This document shows positions 19,445-29,449 of a DNA stretch of 64,000 nucleotides, one piece after another. A program made the translations under genes and the position numbers. Origin of the DNA: an uncultured Pelagibacteraceae bacterium. GTDB lineage: Bacteria; Pseudomonadota; Alphaproteobacteria; Pelagibacterales; AG-422-B15. The notes beneath the pieces were generated by a model that was not told the DNA's origin, did no database searches, and saw nothing but the letters and a program-made list of their open reading frames with translations. Position 1 is the first letter of the stretch; every line of letters begins with the position of its first letter. The stretch is from NCBI GenBank assembly GCA_902521655.1, contig CABYSM010000001.1:30478-94477 (forward strand), read 5' to 3'.

Positions 19445-21880
19445 TTATGAATTTTTATTAAAATATCCGAGTAATATTGGCAAGATAGTAAGACTTCCAA
19501 CTAAAGCAATAAACATAGCAAGTGCTGTAAATGCTCCAAAGTATATTGTAGGATAAAAATTAGAAAATACCAAAATTGAGAAACCTGCCATAATAGTTAC
19601 TGAAGTATTTTTAATTGCAGTACTAACTGTTTTCTGACAGTTATTGACCGCATCTGCGTGTGATCCAGTTATCGCAATATATTCACGATACCTATAAACA
19701 TAATGTATGCAATTATCTACAGCTATTCCGATCGTAATCGAGGCAATCGTAATTGTCATTAAATCTAGGGGTATATTCAATAATCCCATAGTTCCCAATA
19801 TAACAAAGCAGGCGACTAAATTCGGTATTAAAGCAGCTAAAGCTATTTTAAATGATCGGAATAAAATAATTAATATTATAAATATTCCCATTAAAACAAT
19901 TCCCAAAGATTTAATTTGAGAGTCAAAAAGGCTTTGCAGCATGTTATTGTACAAAATTAGTATTCCAGTAAGACTTACCTCAATATTTTGATTGTTATAA
20001 TTTGACTCCATATGTTCTCTAAGCTCATTAATGAAATTTGCTCTTTTTAACTCAGGATGAGTATCGATTACACGTAGAGATATTCTTGCCTGATTTTTAT
20101 CTATCAACACATAGGGTTTTAAAATTTGATCTTTAATATCTTGTGGTAATTTTTTATACAAAACCGAGAGTTCAAGAGTATCAAATTCTTCATTAGAATT
20201 AAGTTTTTCAGCAGTTCTTATAATGGATGCCAATGAAAGTACTTTACCTACAAAATCATACGTTTCTAGATAGTCGTGAATACTCTTAACATTGTCAATT
20301 TTTTCTTTAGTAAACCAGTAGTCTGAAGGATCATAATCAATTCCAAAATCCATAAAATCCTCCTCTTCAAAAGACAAATCATCATTTGACCCATCTTTGA
20401 ATTGAATAATAATATCCAAGGGAGTAGTTCCTCCCAATTGTTCATCAATCAATTTCATTCCTTTGTATATTTCCGTATCTTCTTTAAAGTAATTAACAAA
20501 ACTATTTTCTACTTTAAGAGTACTTGCTCCATATATGCCAGTTGCAAACAAAGATGTAAAAAATAATAATGTCAATACTGGGAATTTGATAGATAAGATA
20601 GAAAATATATCTTTACTATTATTTTTATTCAAAAGAGCAGTACTTTTTAAATTTAAGACTGATATCAAAATTGGTAAGAAAATAAAGCTGGATACATATG
20701 TGATAGTTAGACCCATGCACATCATTAGGCCAAAATCCATAACTGGTTTAATTCCACTTGTATAAAGCGATCCAAATGCGAAAATAGTTGTTAGAGCTGC
20801 AAATAGACAAGGCTTATACATTTTTCCAAGTGCATGTATAATATTTTGATTAATTGTAGATTTTTCCTTTTCTAAACTTATTTGCCGATACCTTACAACT
20901 ATATGTACGGTCATTGATAAAGATAAGATCAAAATAAGCATGATAAAGTTTGATGAAATAACAGTTACTTTCCATCCAAGTAGCGAAATTGACCCGATCA
21001 TAGTAATTAAAATGAATATACAATTAGCTATACAAGCAATCATCCACAAAGGGCTTCTAAAAACAAGATAGAGCACAATTAATATAAAAATAAAGGCTCC
21101 AATGCCGAAAATAATAATATCATTTTTTACAAATGCGATAGTATCATTTGCAATCATTGAAACTCCTCCTAGATGAATTTTAATATCCTTATTTTTGAAC
21201 TGCTCAATTATTGTTCTGATAATTAAAATATTATTTTCTCTCTCTTTATCCTGTTTCTTTTTTTCAATTTCATATTTGAAGTCTAGTTTAGATAAAAGTT
21301 CACGCTCAGCATCATTTTTTTTAACTAACTCATTAAGCCTCATTCTTTCATTTACTATTTTATCGAAATCAAGATTCTTTTTTAGATTAATTAACAAGCC
21401 TGTAGTGGTCGCATCTTCACTAATAATCAAGTTTTTGAAAATTGGACTATTTAGCAATTCTATCTCAGCATCAGCGATATTTACTTGTGGTGATTTAATT
21501 GTAATTATTTCATTTACTAGATCTGATAAAGATTGATTATTAATCTCTAATAATGGTGCGTCAAAAATTGATTGAGTTGAGTCAACAAAAGGAAGATTTT
21601 CAATTTCTATAATAAAAGAATTTAAAAAATCAAGATTTTGCTTTTTAATAAATTTCTGTTTTGAAGTGAACGTAACAATTAAAAAGTCACTTGAATCATA
21701 GTCCTTGATTAACTCTTGATATCTTTTTAAATCATCATCTTGTTCTAAGATGAGAGTATCAGAAGATGCGTCAAGTTGAAAATTGTCTGAGTTAAATAGA
21801 AAAAAAAAAGCAATTGCTACAAGTAGAAACAAAGATAATTTTGAATAATTATCAAGAACTGACGAAAATACTTTTTTCAT
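19445..21880 (-). CDS. RND-superfamily exporter (MMPL/HpnN-like, COG1033 type)
   Basis: 811 aa with two TM bundles (around residues 240-420 and 640-810), each preceded by a large soluble loop. This is the typical MMPL/sterol-sensing-like layout. Substrate unknown. Confidence 0.65.
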   Translation of the reverse strand: MKKVFSSVLDNYSKLSLFLLVAIAFFFLFNSDNFQLDASSDTLILEQDDDLKRYQELIKDYDSSDFLIVTFTSKQKFIKKQNLDFLNSFIIEIENLPFVDSTQSIFDAPLLEINNQSLSDLVNEIITIKSPQVNIADAEIELLNSPIFKNLIISEDATTTGLLINLKKNLDFDKIVNERMRLNELVKKNDAERELLSKLDFKYEIEKKKQDKERENNILIIRTIIEQFKNKDIKIHLGGVSMIANDTIAFVKNDIIIFGIGAFIFILIVLYLVFRSPLWMIACIANCIFILITMIGSISLLGWKVTVISSNFIMLILILSLSMTVHIVVRYRQISLEKEKSTINQNIIHALGKMYKPCLFAALTTIFAFGSLYTSGIKPVMDFGLMMCMGLTITYVSSFIFLPILISVLNLKSTALLNKNNSKDIFSILSIKFPVLTLLFFTSLFATGIYGASTLKVENSFVNYFKEDTEIYKGMKLIDEQLGGTTPLDIIIQFKDGSNDDLSFEEEDFMDFGIDYDPSDYWFTKEKIDNVKSIHDYLETYDFVGKVLSLASIIRTAEKLNSNEEFDTLELSVLYKKLPQDIKDQILKPYVLIDKNQARISLRVIDTHPELKRANFINELREHMESNYNNQNIEVSLTGILILYNNMLQSLFDSQIKSLGIVLMGIFIILIILFRSFKIALAALIPNLVACFVILGTMGLLNIPLDLMTITIASITIGIAVDNCIHYVYRYREYIAITGSHADAVNNCQKTVSTAIKNTSVTIMAGFSILVFSNFYPTIYFGAFTALAMFIALVGSLTILPILLGYFNKNS

Positions 21881-21883
21881 TAC

Positions 21884-22984
21884 TTATGAAATATATCTTC
21901 TTTGGTATCTTTTGCCTAGGTTTGTTAAAATCTCATATGGTATTGTATTTATCCTTTCACACACTGTATTGATCGGGTTCTTATTTCCAATGAATTCAAA
22001 CTCTTTATTAACTATTTGTTCTAAGTTTATAAAATTTGTCAAATCAACTGTTACTAAGTCCATTGAGACTCTCCCAATCAAATTAATTCGTTTATTATTA
22101 AAATAAATTTTACAATTATTTGAAAAGAGTCTGCTAAATCCATCACCATAACCTATGGCAAAAGTGCCAACTTTCATCTTTTTCCTTGCTTTAAATGTGG
22201 CTCCATAGCCTACGGTATCCCCTTTATTTATTTCCCTTGTTTGAATCAATTTACTCTTTAAAGAGACTACATTTTTGTAATGTTTTTTCTCTTTGATTTG
22301 ACAATTCCCCCCATAAAGAGATATTCCTGGCCTAACCATATCAAGATTATATTTTCTCCCCAGCAACACTCCCCCAGAGTTCGATATGCTGTGTAGACAA
22401 CTTGGAAAGTGTATTCTTATCTTATCAAATTCCTTTAATTGAGTTTGATTTTTTTTGTTTTTTGGATCATCAGCGCAAGCTAAGTGACTCATTATCAGAA
22501 CAAGATCTGAATTTTTAATTAATCTTGATTTATTTTTAATTAGATTTGTAGTTTCATTTTTATCTAAACCAAGTCGTGACATACCAGTATCAAAATGAAT
22601 TGCAATCTTGAGTTTTTTATTAAATTTACTTTGATAGCGCTCTATTTTCTTAAGTTGTTTCAAATTATTGATTACAGGTATTAATTTGTATTTACTTATT
22701 ATATTTAAGTTGTCTAAAACTAAACCATTTAGAATATACACTTCTACTTTCTTATTTATTTTTCTAATTTCTAAAGCTTCATCGGTGGAAGCTACAAAGA
22801 AATGTTTACATTTTGATCTAATTAGCGCAGGCAGTACTTTCTTAACTCCAAGACCATATGCATTTGATTTTACAGTTGCTGCAACTATACAATTTCTATT
22901 CACTTTTTTTTTGATTTTTAAGTAATTGTCACCAAGTGACTTTAAGTCAATGTCTAAAAAAGTATTTTGATCAACATTCTTCAT
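21884..22984 (-). CDS. alr: Alanine racemase
   Basis: PLP-Lys motif ATVKSNAYGLG, plus C-terminal GYGDGF and GRVSMD blocks. Confidence 0.9.
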   Translation of the reverse strand: MKNVDQNTFLDIDLKSLGDNYLKIKKKVNRNCIVAATVKSNAYGLGVKKVLPALIRSKCKHFFVASTDEALEIRKINKKVEVYILNGLVLDNLNIISKYKLIPVINNLKQLKKIERYQSKFNKKLKIAIHFDTGMSRLGLDKNETTNLIKNKSRLIKNSDLVLIMSHLACADDPKNKKNQTQLKEFDKIRIHFPSCLHSISNSGGVLLGRKYNLDMVRPGISLYGGNCQIKEKKHYKNVVSLKSKLIQTREINKGDTVGYGATFKARKKMKVGTFAIGYGDGFSRLFSNNCKIYFNNKRINLIGRVSMDLVTVDLTNFINLEQIVNKEFEFIGNKNPINTVCERINTIPYEILTNLGKRYQRRYIS

Positions 22985-22995
22985 TTTGAAAGACT

Positions 22996-24453
22996 TTACT
23001 CATAATTGTTTGAGTGATCTTTGCTAATAAAGTTCCCAAACTTTGTAAACTTACTTTCAAAGCTTAGTCTTATATTTCCAGTTGGTCCATGTCTTTGTTT
23101 TGATATGAGGAGTTCTGCCTGACCGTGGATTTCATCCATTTTTTGCTGCCATTCAATATAATCTGCGGTACCGAGAGCAGGCTCACTTTTTTCCAAATAG
23201 TATTCTTCCCTATAAATAAACATAACTACATCAGAATCTTGCTCGATAGAACCTGACTCTCTTAGATCTGATAATAAAGGCTTTTTATCTTCCCTTTGCT
23301 CAACCTGCCTAGATAATTGTGATAATGCTATAACAGGAATATTCATTTCTTTTGCTAAAGCTTTAAGGCCTTGAGTTATTTCTGAAAGTTCAAGAACTCG
23401 AGACTCATTTCTTGATATTTTACTTGGCCTCAATAATTGTAAATAATCAATAACAATTGCTCCTAGTCCATGCTTACGCTTGAGTCTTCTTGCTCTTGAC
23501 GCAAGTGTTCCAATATTTATTGCGGGTGTATCATCAATGAATAAAGGTATCTCTAATATCTTTTTTGATACAGATACTAAATTATCTAGATCATTTTCTG
23601 ATAAATCACCTTTTCTCATATCATTGGAACTTATTCTTGCTTCTTCTGATAAAATTCTTCTGGCTAGTTGTTCTGATGACATTTCGAGTGAAAAGAATAA
23701 AACACTTGAGTCCATATCATTGTTATTATGAGCTTCTTTTGCAATATTAAATGCCATATTTGTTGCAAGTGCTGTTTTTCCCATAGACGGCCTTCCGGCA
23801 ATTATAATTAAATCAGAAGAATGAAATCCTCCTAATTTAGCATCAAGATCCCTAAATCCTGAGGACAGACCAATTACACTTGTATCTTTCTTAAATGCTT
23901 TTGTTGTCAGCTCTATAGCCTCTTCAACTGAACTTCTAAATGACTGAACCTTATTTTTTGTAGTTCCTTTTTCTGATATCTGATAAAGGTCTTTTTCTGC
24001 ATCTTCTATAAGATCTCCAGGTTTCACATCCATATCGCTTTCAATAGCATCATGTTGAACTTTGCCTCCAAGCTCATAAAGCCCTCTTCTTACAGCCATA
24101 TCATAAATTATTTGTGCATAGCTTTTTGCGTATTCCAAAGAAACTGCTGAATTCGCCAGTCTAAATAGATAATTTGATCCACCTATTTCTTCTAGATTTT
24201 TTTCAATTTCGAAATAACTCTGCAAGGTAATTGGCGATGCAATTTGACCTTTAGAAACCATTTTATTCATTACTTCAAATATAATTCGATGAACCGGTTC
24301 ATGGAAATGTTCGGAATTTACTATTTCAGTTATATCGTAAAATATTTCATTATTAATCAGTATAGCACCAAGCAATCCTTGTTCAGCCTCCATATTATGT
24401 GGAAGCTGTTTTGAAGAAATATTATTGGACTGGATTTGAAATGTGTTAGACAT
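22996..24453 (-). CDS. dnaB: Replicative DNA helicase DnaB
   Basis: N-terminal PHNMEAEQGLLGAIL, Walker A GRPSMGKTA, LFFSLEMS, IVIDYLQL, and LSQLSRQVEQRE...DLRESGSIEQDSD. Confidence 0.95.
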   Translation of the reverse strand: MSNTFQIQSNNISSKQLPHNMEAEQGLLGAILINNEIFYDITEIVNSEHFHEPVHRIIFEVMNKMVSKGQIASPITLQSYFEIEKNLEEIGGSNYLFRLANSAVSLEYAKSYAQIIYDMAVRRGLYELGGKVQHDAIESDMDVKPGDLIEDAEKDLYQISEKGTTKNKVQSFRSSVEEAIELTTKAFKKDTSVIGLSSGFRDLDAKLGGFHSSDLIIIAGRPSMGKTALATNMAFNIAKEAHNNNDMDSSVLFFSLEMSSEQLARRILSEEARISSNDMRKGDLSENDLDNLVSVSKKILEIPLFIDDTPAINIGTLASRARRLKRKHGLGAIVIDYLQLLRPSKISRNESRVLELSEITQGLKALAKEMNIPVIALSQLSRQVEQREDKKPLLSDLRESGSIEQDSDVVMFIYREEYYLEKSEPALGTADYIEWQQKMDEIHGQAELLISKQRHGPTGNIRLSFESKFTKFGNFISKDHSNNYE

Positions 24454-24505
24454 TCAATCAATTAATATTAATTACAAAAAATTGTCAGTATATTTATAAT
24501 AAAAG

Positions 24506-24535
24506 ATACTAACAGGATTCCAATTTTGTTAGTAT
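24506..24535 (-). terminator. Weak hairpin between rplI and dnaB (9-bp stem ATACTAACA/TGTTAGTAT, 12-nt loop)
   Basis: The inverted repeat was read directly. On the minus strand it is followed by CTTTTATTAT. The stem is AT-rich, so function is uncertain (terminator or attenuator). Confidence 0.25.
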
Positions 24536-24602
24536 ATTCTTAGGCTTTATAAATAGAATTATATTTGCCTTTTAAATCTTTGAAATTGGTAAAGAAATAT
24601 TA

Positions 24603-25049
24603 TTAAGTTTTTTTTGTTATTTCAAGGTGAAGAATAGCCTTAATATCCTCATATAAAATTACCTGTATTTCAGTTTCACCTATTTTTTTTATTGGATCAA
24701 GAACAACAGCGTCAGGTGAAATCTTTATTTCAAGTAAAGAATATATACTTTCACTTACAGATTTTTGACTAACTGCACCATAGAGACTGCCATCATCGTT
24801 TGCCTCCATTGCTATTGAAATTTTCTTTTGATCTAACTTTTCTTTAATTTCATTAGCCTCAACTATTTTTTTATCATTATTAGAATTTATTTGAGTGATA
24901 CGATTTTCTAAATCAGCTTTATTTTTTTTATTGGCGATTATTGCTTTTTTTTCAGGTATCAAATAATTTTTTGCAAAGCCATCTTTAACAGTGACAATCT
25001 CACCAGCTTTTCCTAATTTATTTAATGATTCTAGGAGAATAATATCCAT
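24603..25049 (-). CDS. rplI: 50S ribosomal protein L9
   Basis: [32 protein letters not shown] is the canonical L9 N-terminus. Confidence 0.9.
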   Translation of the reverse strand: MDIILLESLNKLGKAGEIVTVKDGFAKNYLIPEKKAIIANKKNKADLENRITQINSNNDKKIVEANEIKEKLDQKKISIAMEANDDGSLYGAVSQKSVSESIYSLLEIKISPDAVVLDPIKKIGETEIQVILYEDIKAILHLEITKKT

Positions 25050-25243
25050 TATCGACCTGTATATGGCAATAATGCCAAATATCTTGCTCTTTTAATTGCA
25101 TTAGATAGATCTTTTTGTTTCTTTATTGAAATATAACTTATCCTTCTAGGTGTAATTTTTCCTTTTTCAGAAATAAATTTTCTGAGAGAGGAAATATCTT
25201 TGTAGTCGAAAGACGAAGAGTCGTTTTTTGAATTTCTATCCAT
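25049..25243 (-). CDS. rpsR: 30S ribosomal protein S18
   Basis: [50 protein letters not shown] is the S18 signature. Its stop overlaps the rplI start. Confidence 0.9.
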   Translation of the reverse strand: MDRNSKNDSSSFDYKDISSLRKFISEKGKITPRRISYISIKKQKDLSNAIKRARYLALLPYTGR

Positions 25244-25249
25244 AAATAG

Positions 25250-25576
25250 CTACTCCTTTTCTTTAACCATCAGTGTAGGAGTTTCACTAAATGATTTAAC
25301 TTTTATTGATAAGTATCTGATAACATTTTCATTTAAATTTAATTTTGAGTTCATTAAGTCGATATTTTTTTGAGGCATTTCAATGTTCATAAATTCATAA
25401 AACGCTTTTTTATTGTTTTTAATGGGATAAGCAAGATTTCTCATTCCCCAGCTTTCTTGATAAACGACACTGCCGCTTAATTCTGAGACCATATCTGTAT
25501 GATTTTTTAGCTCAATAGAAAGTTCGTTTGAACTTAAACTTTGTTTAAGTATTATCACATGTTCAAAAAGAGCCAT
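25250..25576 (-). CDS. rpsF: 30S ribosomal protein S6
   Basis: The start of the protein, the WGMRNLAYPI block, and its position ahead of rpsR-rplI match S6. Confidence 0.9.
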   Translation of the reverse strand: MALFEHVIILKQSLSSNELSIELKNHTDMVSELSGSVVYQESWGMRNLAYPIKNNKKAFYEFMNIEMPQKNIDLMNSKLNLNENVIRYLSIKVKSFSETPTLMVKEKE

Positions 25577-25585
25577 AAATTAGTC

Positions 25586-25614
25586 ATATTTATTATTAAA
25601 GTCCGAATAAATAT
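25586..25614 (-). promoter_or_regulatory. Hairpin in the rpsF leader (9-bp stem ATATTTATT/AATAAATAT, 11-nt loop holding the only G/C bases)
   Basis: Perfect inverted repeat read directly, ending 10 nt upstream of the rpsF ATG. It is flanked by a 10-bp direct repeat, AATTAGTCAT, at 25578-25587 and 25620-25629. Confidence 0.25.
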
Positions 25615-25648
25615 TCTATAATTAGTCATTAAGCAAGTATTCTTTTAG

Positions 25649-26581
25649 ATGAAAACAGCATTAATTTTTCCAGGGCAGGGCTCACAAAACGTTGGGATGG
25701 GTTACGACTTTTATTCTGATTTTCAATCATCTCGTGATATTTATAAGCAGCTGGACAAAATAATGGGAAAAAGTCTTGCAAACTTAATATTCAAAGGTGA
25801 GGAAAGCGAACTTGCCATGACGGAAAATTCGCAACCATCAATAATGGCAACAAGTGTTGCCATTATGGCTGCTTTAAAAGAAAGTGGAAAAATAGATGAA
25901 CATTCTTTTCATTGTGTAGCAGGCCACTCTCTTGGAGAATATTCAGCATTAGTTGCCAATAAATCTCTTAATTTTAGCGATTCTGTAGAATTGCTTAAGA
26001 TTCGATCCAAAGCCATGCAAGAAAGTATGCCAGTCGGAACTGGAGGAATGGCAGCAATTATTGGAGGAACTGAAGAAGGGATTGCCGCTACCATAAGTGA
26101 TATAAGTTCAGAAGGAAAAATTTTTATTGCCAATGATAATGCAGTTGGGCAGGTAGTTATAAGTGGTGAAACGAAAGCAATTGATTATATTGTTAAAAAT
26201 TCAAAAAACCTTGGCTTAAAAAAAGTTATTAAGCTGTCTGTAAGCGCTCCTTTTCATTGTGAATTTATGATGAAAGCTTCAGTGACAATGCAAAATGAGA
26301 TTGATAAATTCAACTTTAAATCCTTTGATGTACCCCTTTATTCAAATGTGACTTCTTTGCCTTGTGATGAAACAGAGATAAAGAAAATTCTAGTGGAGCA
26401 AATAGTAAAAAAAGTAAGATGGAGAGAAATAATCACAAATATGATAAATGATGGAGTGGAAAGGTTTATTGAAATTGGGCCTGGGAATGTATTGACGAAT
26501 TTAGTAAAAAGAATGTCAAAAGAAATAACATCAATATCAATATCAAAAGTAGATGATTTTGATAAATTGGATAATATTTAA
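25649..26581 (+). CDS. fabD: Malonyl-CoA:ACP transacylase
   Basis: FPGQGSQ start and the active-site motif GHSLGEYSAL. Confidence 0.93.
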   Translation: MKTALIFPGQGSQNVGMGYDFYSDFQSSRDIYKQLDKIMGKSLANLIFKGEESELAMTENSQPSIMATSVAIMAALKESGKIDEHSFHCVAGHSLGEYSALVANKSLNFSDSVELLKIRSKAMQESMPVGTGGMAAIIGGTEEGIAATISDISSEGKIFIANDNAVGQVVISGETKAIDYIVKNSKNLGLKKVIKLSVSAPFHCEFMMKASVTMQNEIDKFNFKSFDVPLYSNVTSLPCDETEIKKILVEQIVKKVRWREIITNMINDGVERFIEIGPGNVLTNLVKRMSKEITSISISKVDDFDKLDNI

Positions 26582-26583
26582 AT

Positions 26584-27303
26584 ATGAAGAATGTTTTAAT
26601 TACTGGAGCGACAGGCGGAATAGGGTCATCAATTTTAAAATTGTTTTATAAAAACAATTACAATATATGCGTAACAGGCACTAACATTGATAAACTTAAT
26701 GAAATTGAAGTTAACTATAAAGGAAAAGTAAAATGCATTTCGTGTAACCTTAATGACACATTGCAAATAGAGAATCTAGTTCAACAGTCTAATGAATTTT
26801 ATGGATCAACTGATATACTTATTAATAATGCAGGAATTACTAAAGATAATCTTTTTTTAAGAATGAAAGATGAAGAATGGAACGATGTAATTAATGTAAA
26901 TTTAAATTCTAATTTTAAGCTAACAAAACAAATTTTAAAGGACATGATAAAAAGTCGCTGGGGAAGAATAATCAATATTTCTTCAGATGCAGCTAAGATT
27001 GGAAATGCAGGTCAAGCAAATTATGTTGCTTCTAAATCTGCCATTGAAGGCCTTACAAGAACACTCGCAAATGAAGTGGCTTCAAGAGGTGTAACAGTTA
27101 ACTGTGTTTCACCAGGATTTGTTGATACTGAAATTCTTGAAACAATTAATGAAAAAACATTGCAAAATATGGTAGAAAGAATTCCTCTTGGAAGAATGGG
27201 AAGAATTGATGAAATTGCCTCTGCAGTTTATTTTCTTTCTTTGGAAGAATCAGCCTATATTACAGGGCAAGTGCTTCATGTTAATGGTGGCTTGACAATG
27301 TGA
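26584..27303 (+). CDS. fabG: 3-oxoacyl-ACP reductase
   Basis: TGATGGIG, NNAGIT, and the catalytic YVASKSA; sits within the fab cluster. Confidence 0.9.
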   Translation: MKNVLITGATGGIGSSILKLFYKNNYNICVTGTNIDKLNEIEVNYKGKVKCISCNLNDTLQIENLVQQSNEFYGSTDILINNAGITKDNLFLRMKDEEWNDVINVNLNSNFKLTKQILKDMIKSRWGRIINISSDAAKIGNAGQANYVASKSAIEGLTRTLANEVASRGVTVNCVSPGFVDTEILETINEKTLQNMVERIPLGRMGRIDEIASAVYFLSLEESAYITGQVLHVNGGLTM

Positions 27304-27350
27304 TGCAGAACGTACTAAAAAAAAGTTAATATATTAAAACAGGAGTATTT

Positions 27351-27584
27351 ATGAGTGAAGTTGCTGACAAAGTTAAAAAAATTATTGCTGAACATTTAGG
27401 CATAGATGATATGAGTAAAATCACTGATGATGCTAAATTTATTGATGATTTAGGGGCAGATAGTTTAGATACTGTTGAATTAGTCATGGCTTTTGAAGAA
27501 GCTTTTGATGTTGAAATTCCTGATGAAAAAGCAGAAACGATATTAACTGTTGGAGATGCAATATCTCATCTAGAAACAGACTAA
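27351..27584 (+). CDS. acpP: Acyl carrier protein
   Basis: 77 aa with the phosphopantetheine site [17 protein letters not shown]. Confidence 0.95.
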   Translation: MSEVADKVKKIIAEHLGIDDMSKITDDAKFIDDLGADSLDTVELVMAFEEAFDVEIPDEKAETILTVGDAISHLETD

Positions 27585-27597
27585 TAAAAACAATTTA

Positions 27598-28860
27598 ATG
27601 AAGAGAGTTGTAGTTACCGGAATGGGACTAGTGACCCCCTTTGGTTGCGGAAAGTCAAAAAACTGGAATAGCTTAATCTCTGCCAAATCTGGTGCTACTA
27701 AGATTACAAAATTTGACTCCACGAAATACAAATGCCAAGTTGCGTGTGAGGTACCGATAGGCAATGGAGACAATGGAACTTTCAATGCAGAAGACTGGAT
27801 TGAGAGAAAAGAAATAAAAAAAATTGATGATTTTATTAAATACGCAATGGCTGCTGGTGAGGAAGCTTTTCAAGAAAGTAATTTAGGCTCCATCAGTGAT
27901 CCACAATCTTTTCGTTCAGGCTGTATTATTGGCTCAGGTATGGGGGGGTTACCAGGAATTGAACAAACATCTATTGATTATGTAAATGGAAAAAAAATCA
28001 GCCCTTTTTTTATAACTGGCAGAATAATTAATATGCCAGCTGGCTACTTATCAATAAAATATAATCTCAAAGGACCAAACTACTCAACAGTTTCTGCTTG
28101 CGCTTCTTCCGCACATGCAATTGGTGAATCTTTTCGCCTAATACAGCATGGTCAGGTTGACGTCATGATGACTGGTGGATCAGAAGCGACTATAAGCCCC
28201 ATAGGAATAGAGGGCTTTGCAGCCTGTAGAGCATTAAGCACAAAATTTAATGATAGTCCTTCAAAATCTTCGAGGCCTTTTGACGAAGAAAGGGATGGTT
28301 TTGTTATGGGAGAAGGTGGCGCAGTTCTTATCCTTGAGGAACTAAGCCATGCGCTTAAACGTAATGCAAAAATACTGTGTGAAATTAAGGGTTATGGAAT
28401 GTCTTCAGATGCATACCATTATACATTGCCAGATAGTTCAGGAGATGGAGCTTATAGGGCTATGAAAAACTCAATTGAGGACGCCAACCTTCATTTAAAT
28501 GAAATTCAATACATAAATGCTCATGGTACTTCAACTCCGGCAGGAGATAAAGCTGAAGCATTAGCTATTGATAAATTATTTATAGAGAACTCTGAAAAAG
28601 TGTGCGTATCATCAACAAAATCTCAAATAGGTCACTTATTGGGAGCTGCTGGAGCTGTTGAGGCAATTTTCTCTATTATGTGTTTAGAAAATGAAACCGC
28701 GCCTTTCAATTTAAACCTTGAAAATGAGCTGGAAACAAAAAACATAAATTTTATTAAATCTAAACCTCTAAAAATGAATCTCATCAATATCATATCAAAT
28801 TCATTTGGGTTTGGTGGAACAAATGTTTCATTGATATTTTCTAAATTTAATGACAAATAA
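27598..28860 (+). CDS. fabF: 3-oxoacyl-ACP synthase II
   Basis: Active-site Cys in VSACASS, then HGTSTPAGD, GHLLGAAG and NSFGFGGTN. Confidence 0.95.
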   Translation: MKRVVVTGMGLVTPFGCGKSKNWNSLISAKSGATKITKFDSTKYKCQVACEVPIGNGDNGTFNAEDWIERKEIKKIDDFIKYAMAAGEEAFQESNLGSISDPQSFRSGCIIGSGMGGLPGIEQTSIDYVNGKKISPFFITGRIINMPAGYLSIKYNLKGPNYSTVSACASSAHAIGESFRLIQHGQVDVMMTGGSEATISPIGIEGFAACRALSTKFNDSPSKSSRPFDEERDGFVMGEGGAVLILEELSHALKRNAKILCEIKGYGMSSDAYHYTLPDSSGDGAYRAMKNSIEDANLHLNEIQYINAHGTSTPAGDKAEALAIDKLFIENSEKVCVSSTKSQIGHLLGAAGAVEAIFSIMCLENETAPFNLNLENELETKNINFIKSKPLKMNLINIISNSFGFGGTNVSLIFSKFNDK

Positions 28861-29449
28861 TCTTAGGTCAAAAAAATTGATTATTGTGATATCATCACCA
28901 TCTGGTGCAGGAAAATCATCTATATGCAAGCAGTTATTAAATGACGATCCTCAGTTAAATATATCTATTTCAGACACCACAAGATCCCCCAGAGATAATG
29001 AAACTAATGGTAAAGACTATAACTTTATTAAAAAAAATGAATTTGAGCGCAGAATAAAGAATAATGAATATATTGAATATGCAAATGTTTTTGGCAATTA
29101 TTATGGGTCACTTCATAAGGATATTCAAAAATCATTAGATGATGGATTTGATGTTCTGTTTGACATAGACTGGCAAGGATCACTTCAGCTTAAAGCCTCT
29201 AATCAACCAAACCTGTTAACTATTTTTATTATTCCTCCATCAAAAGAGATTATCTACGAAAGACTTAAGTCAAGAGCAAAAAAATCTGGAGACAACGAAC
29301 AAGCCATTCAATATAGAATGAAAATGTACGAAACGGAAATGAGTCATCAAAATGAATATGAGCATATTGTTGAGAATGATAAATTTGAAGAATGCGTTTT
29401 AAAAATAAAGAAAATAATATTAGAAGCTAGGATAAAGTTAAATAGCTGA
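28850..29449 (+). CDS. gmk: Guanylate kinase
   Basis: P-loop SSPSGAGKSS and TTRSPRDNETNGKDYNF. The start overlaps the fabF end by 11 nt. Confidence 0.9.
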   Translation: MTNNLRSKKLIIVISSPSGAGKSSICKQLLNDDPQLNISISDTTRSPRDNETNGKDYNFIKKNEFERRIKNNEYIEYANVFGNYYGSLHKDIQKSLDDGFDVLFDIDWQGSLQLKASNQPNLLTIFIIPPSKEIIYERLKSRAKKSGDNEQAIQYRMKMYETEMSHQNEYEHIVENDKFEECVLKIKKIILEARIKLNS

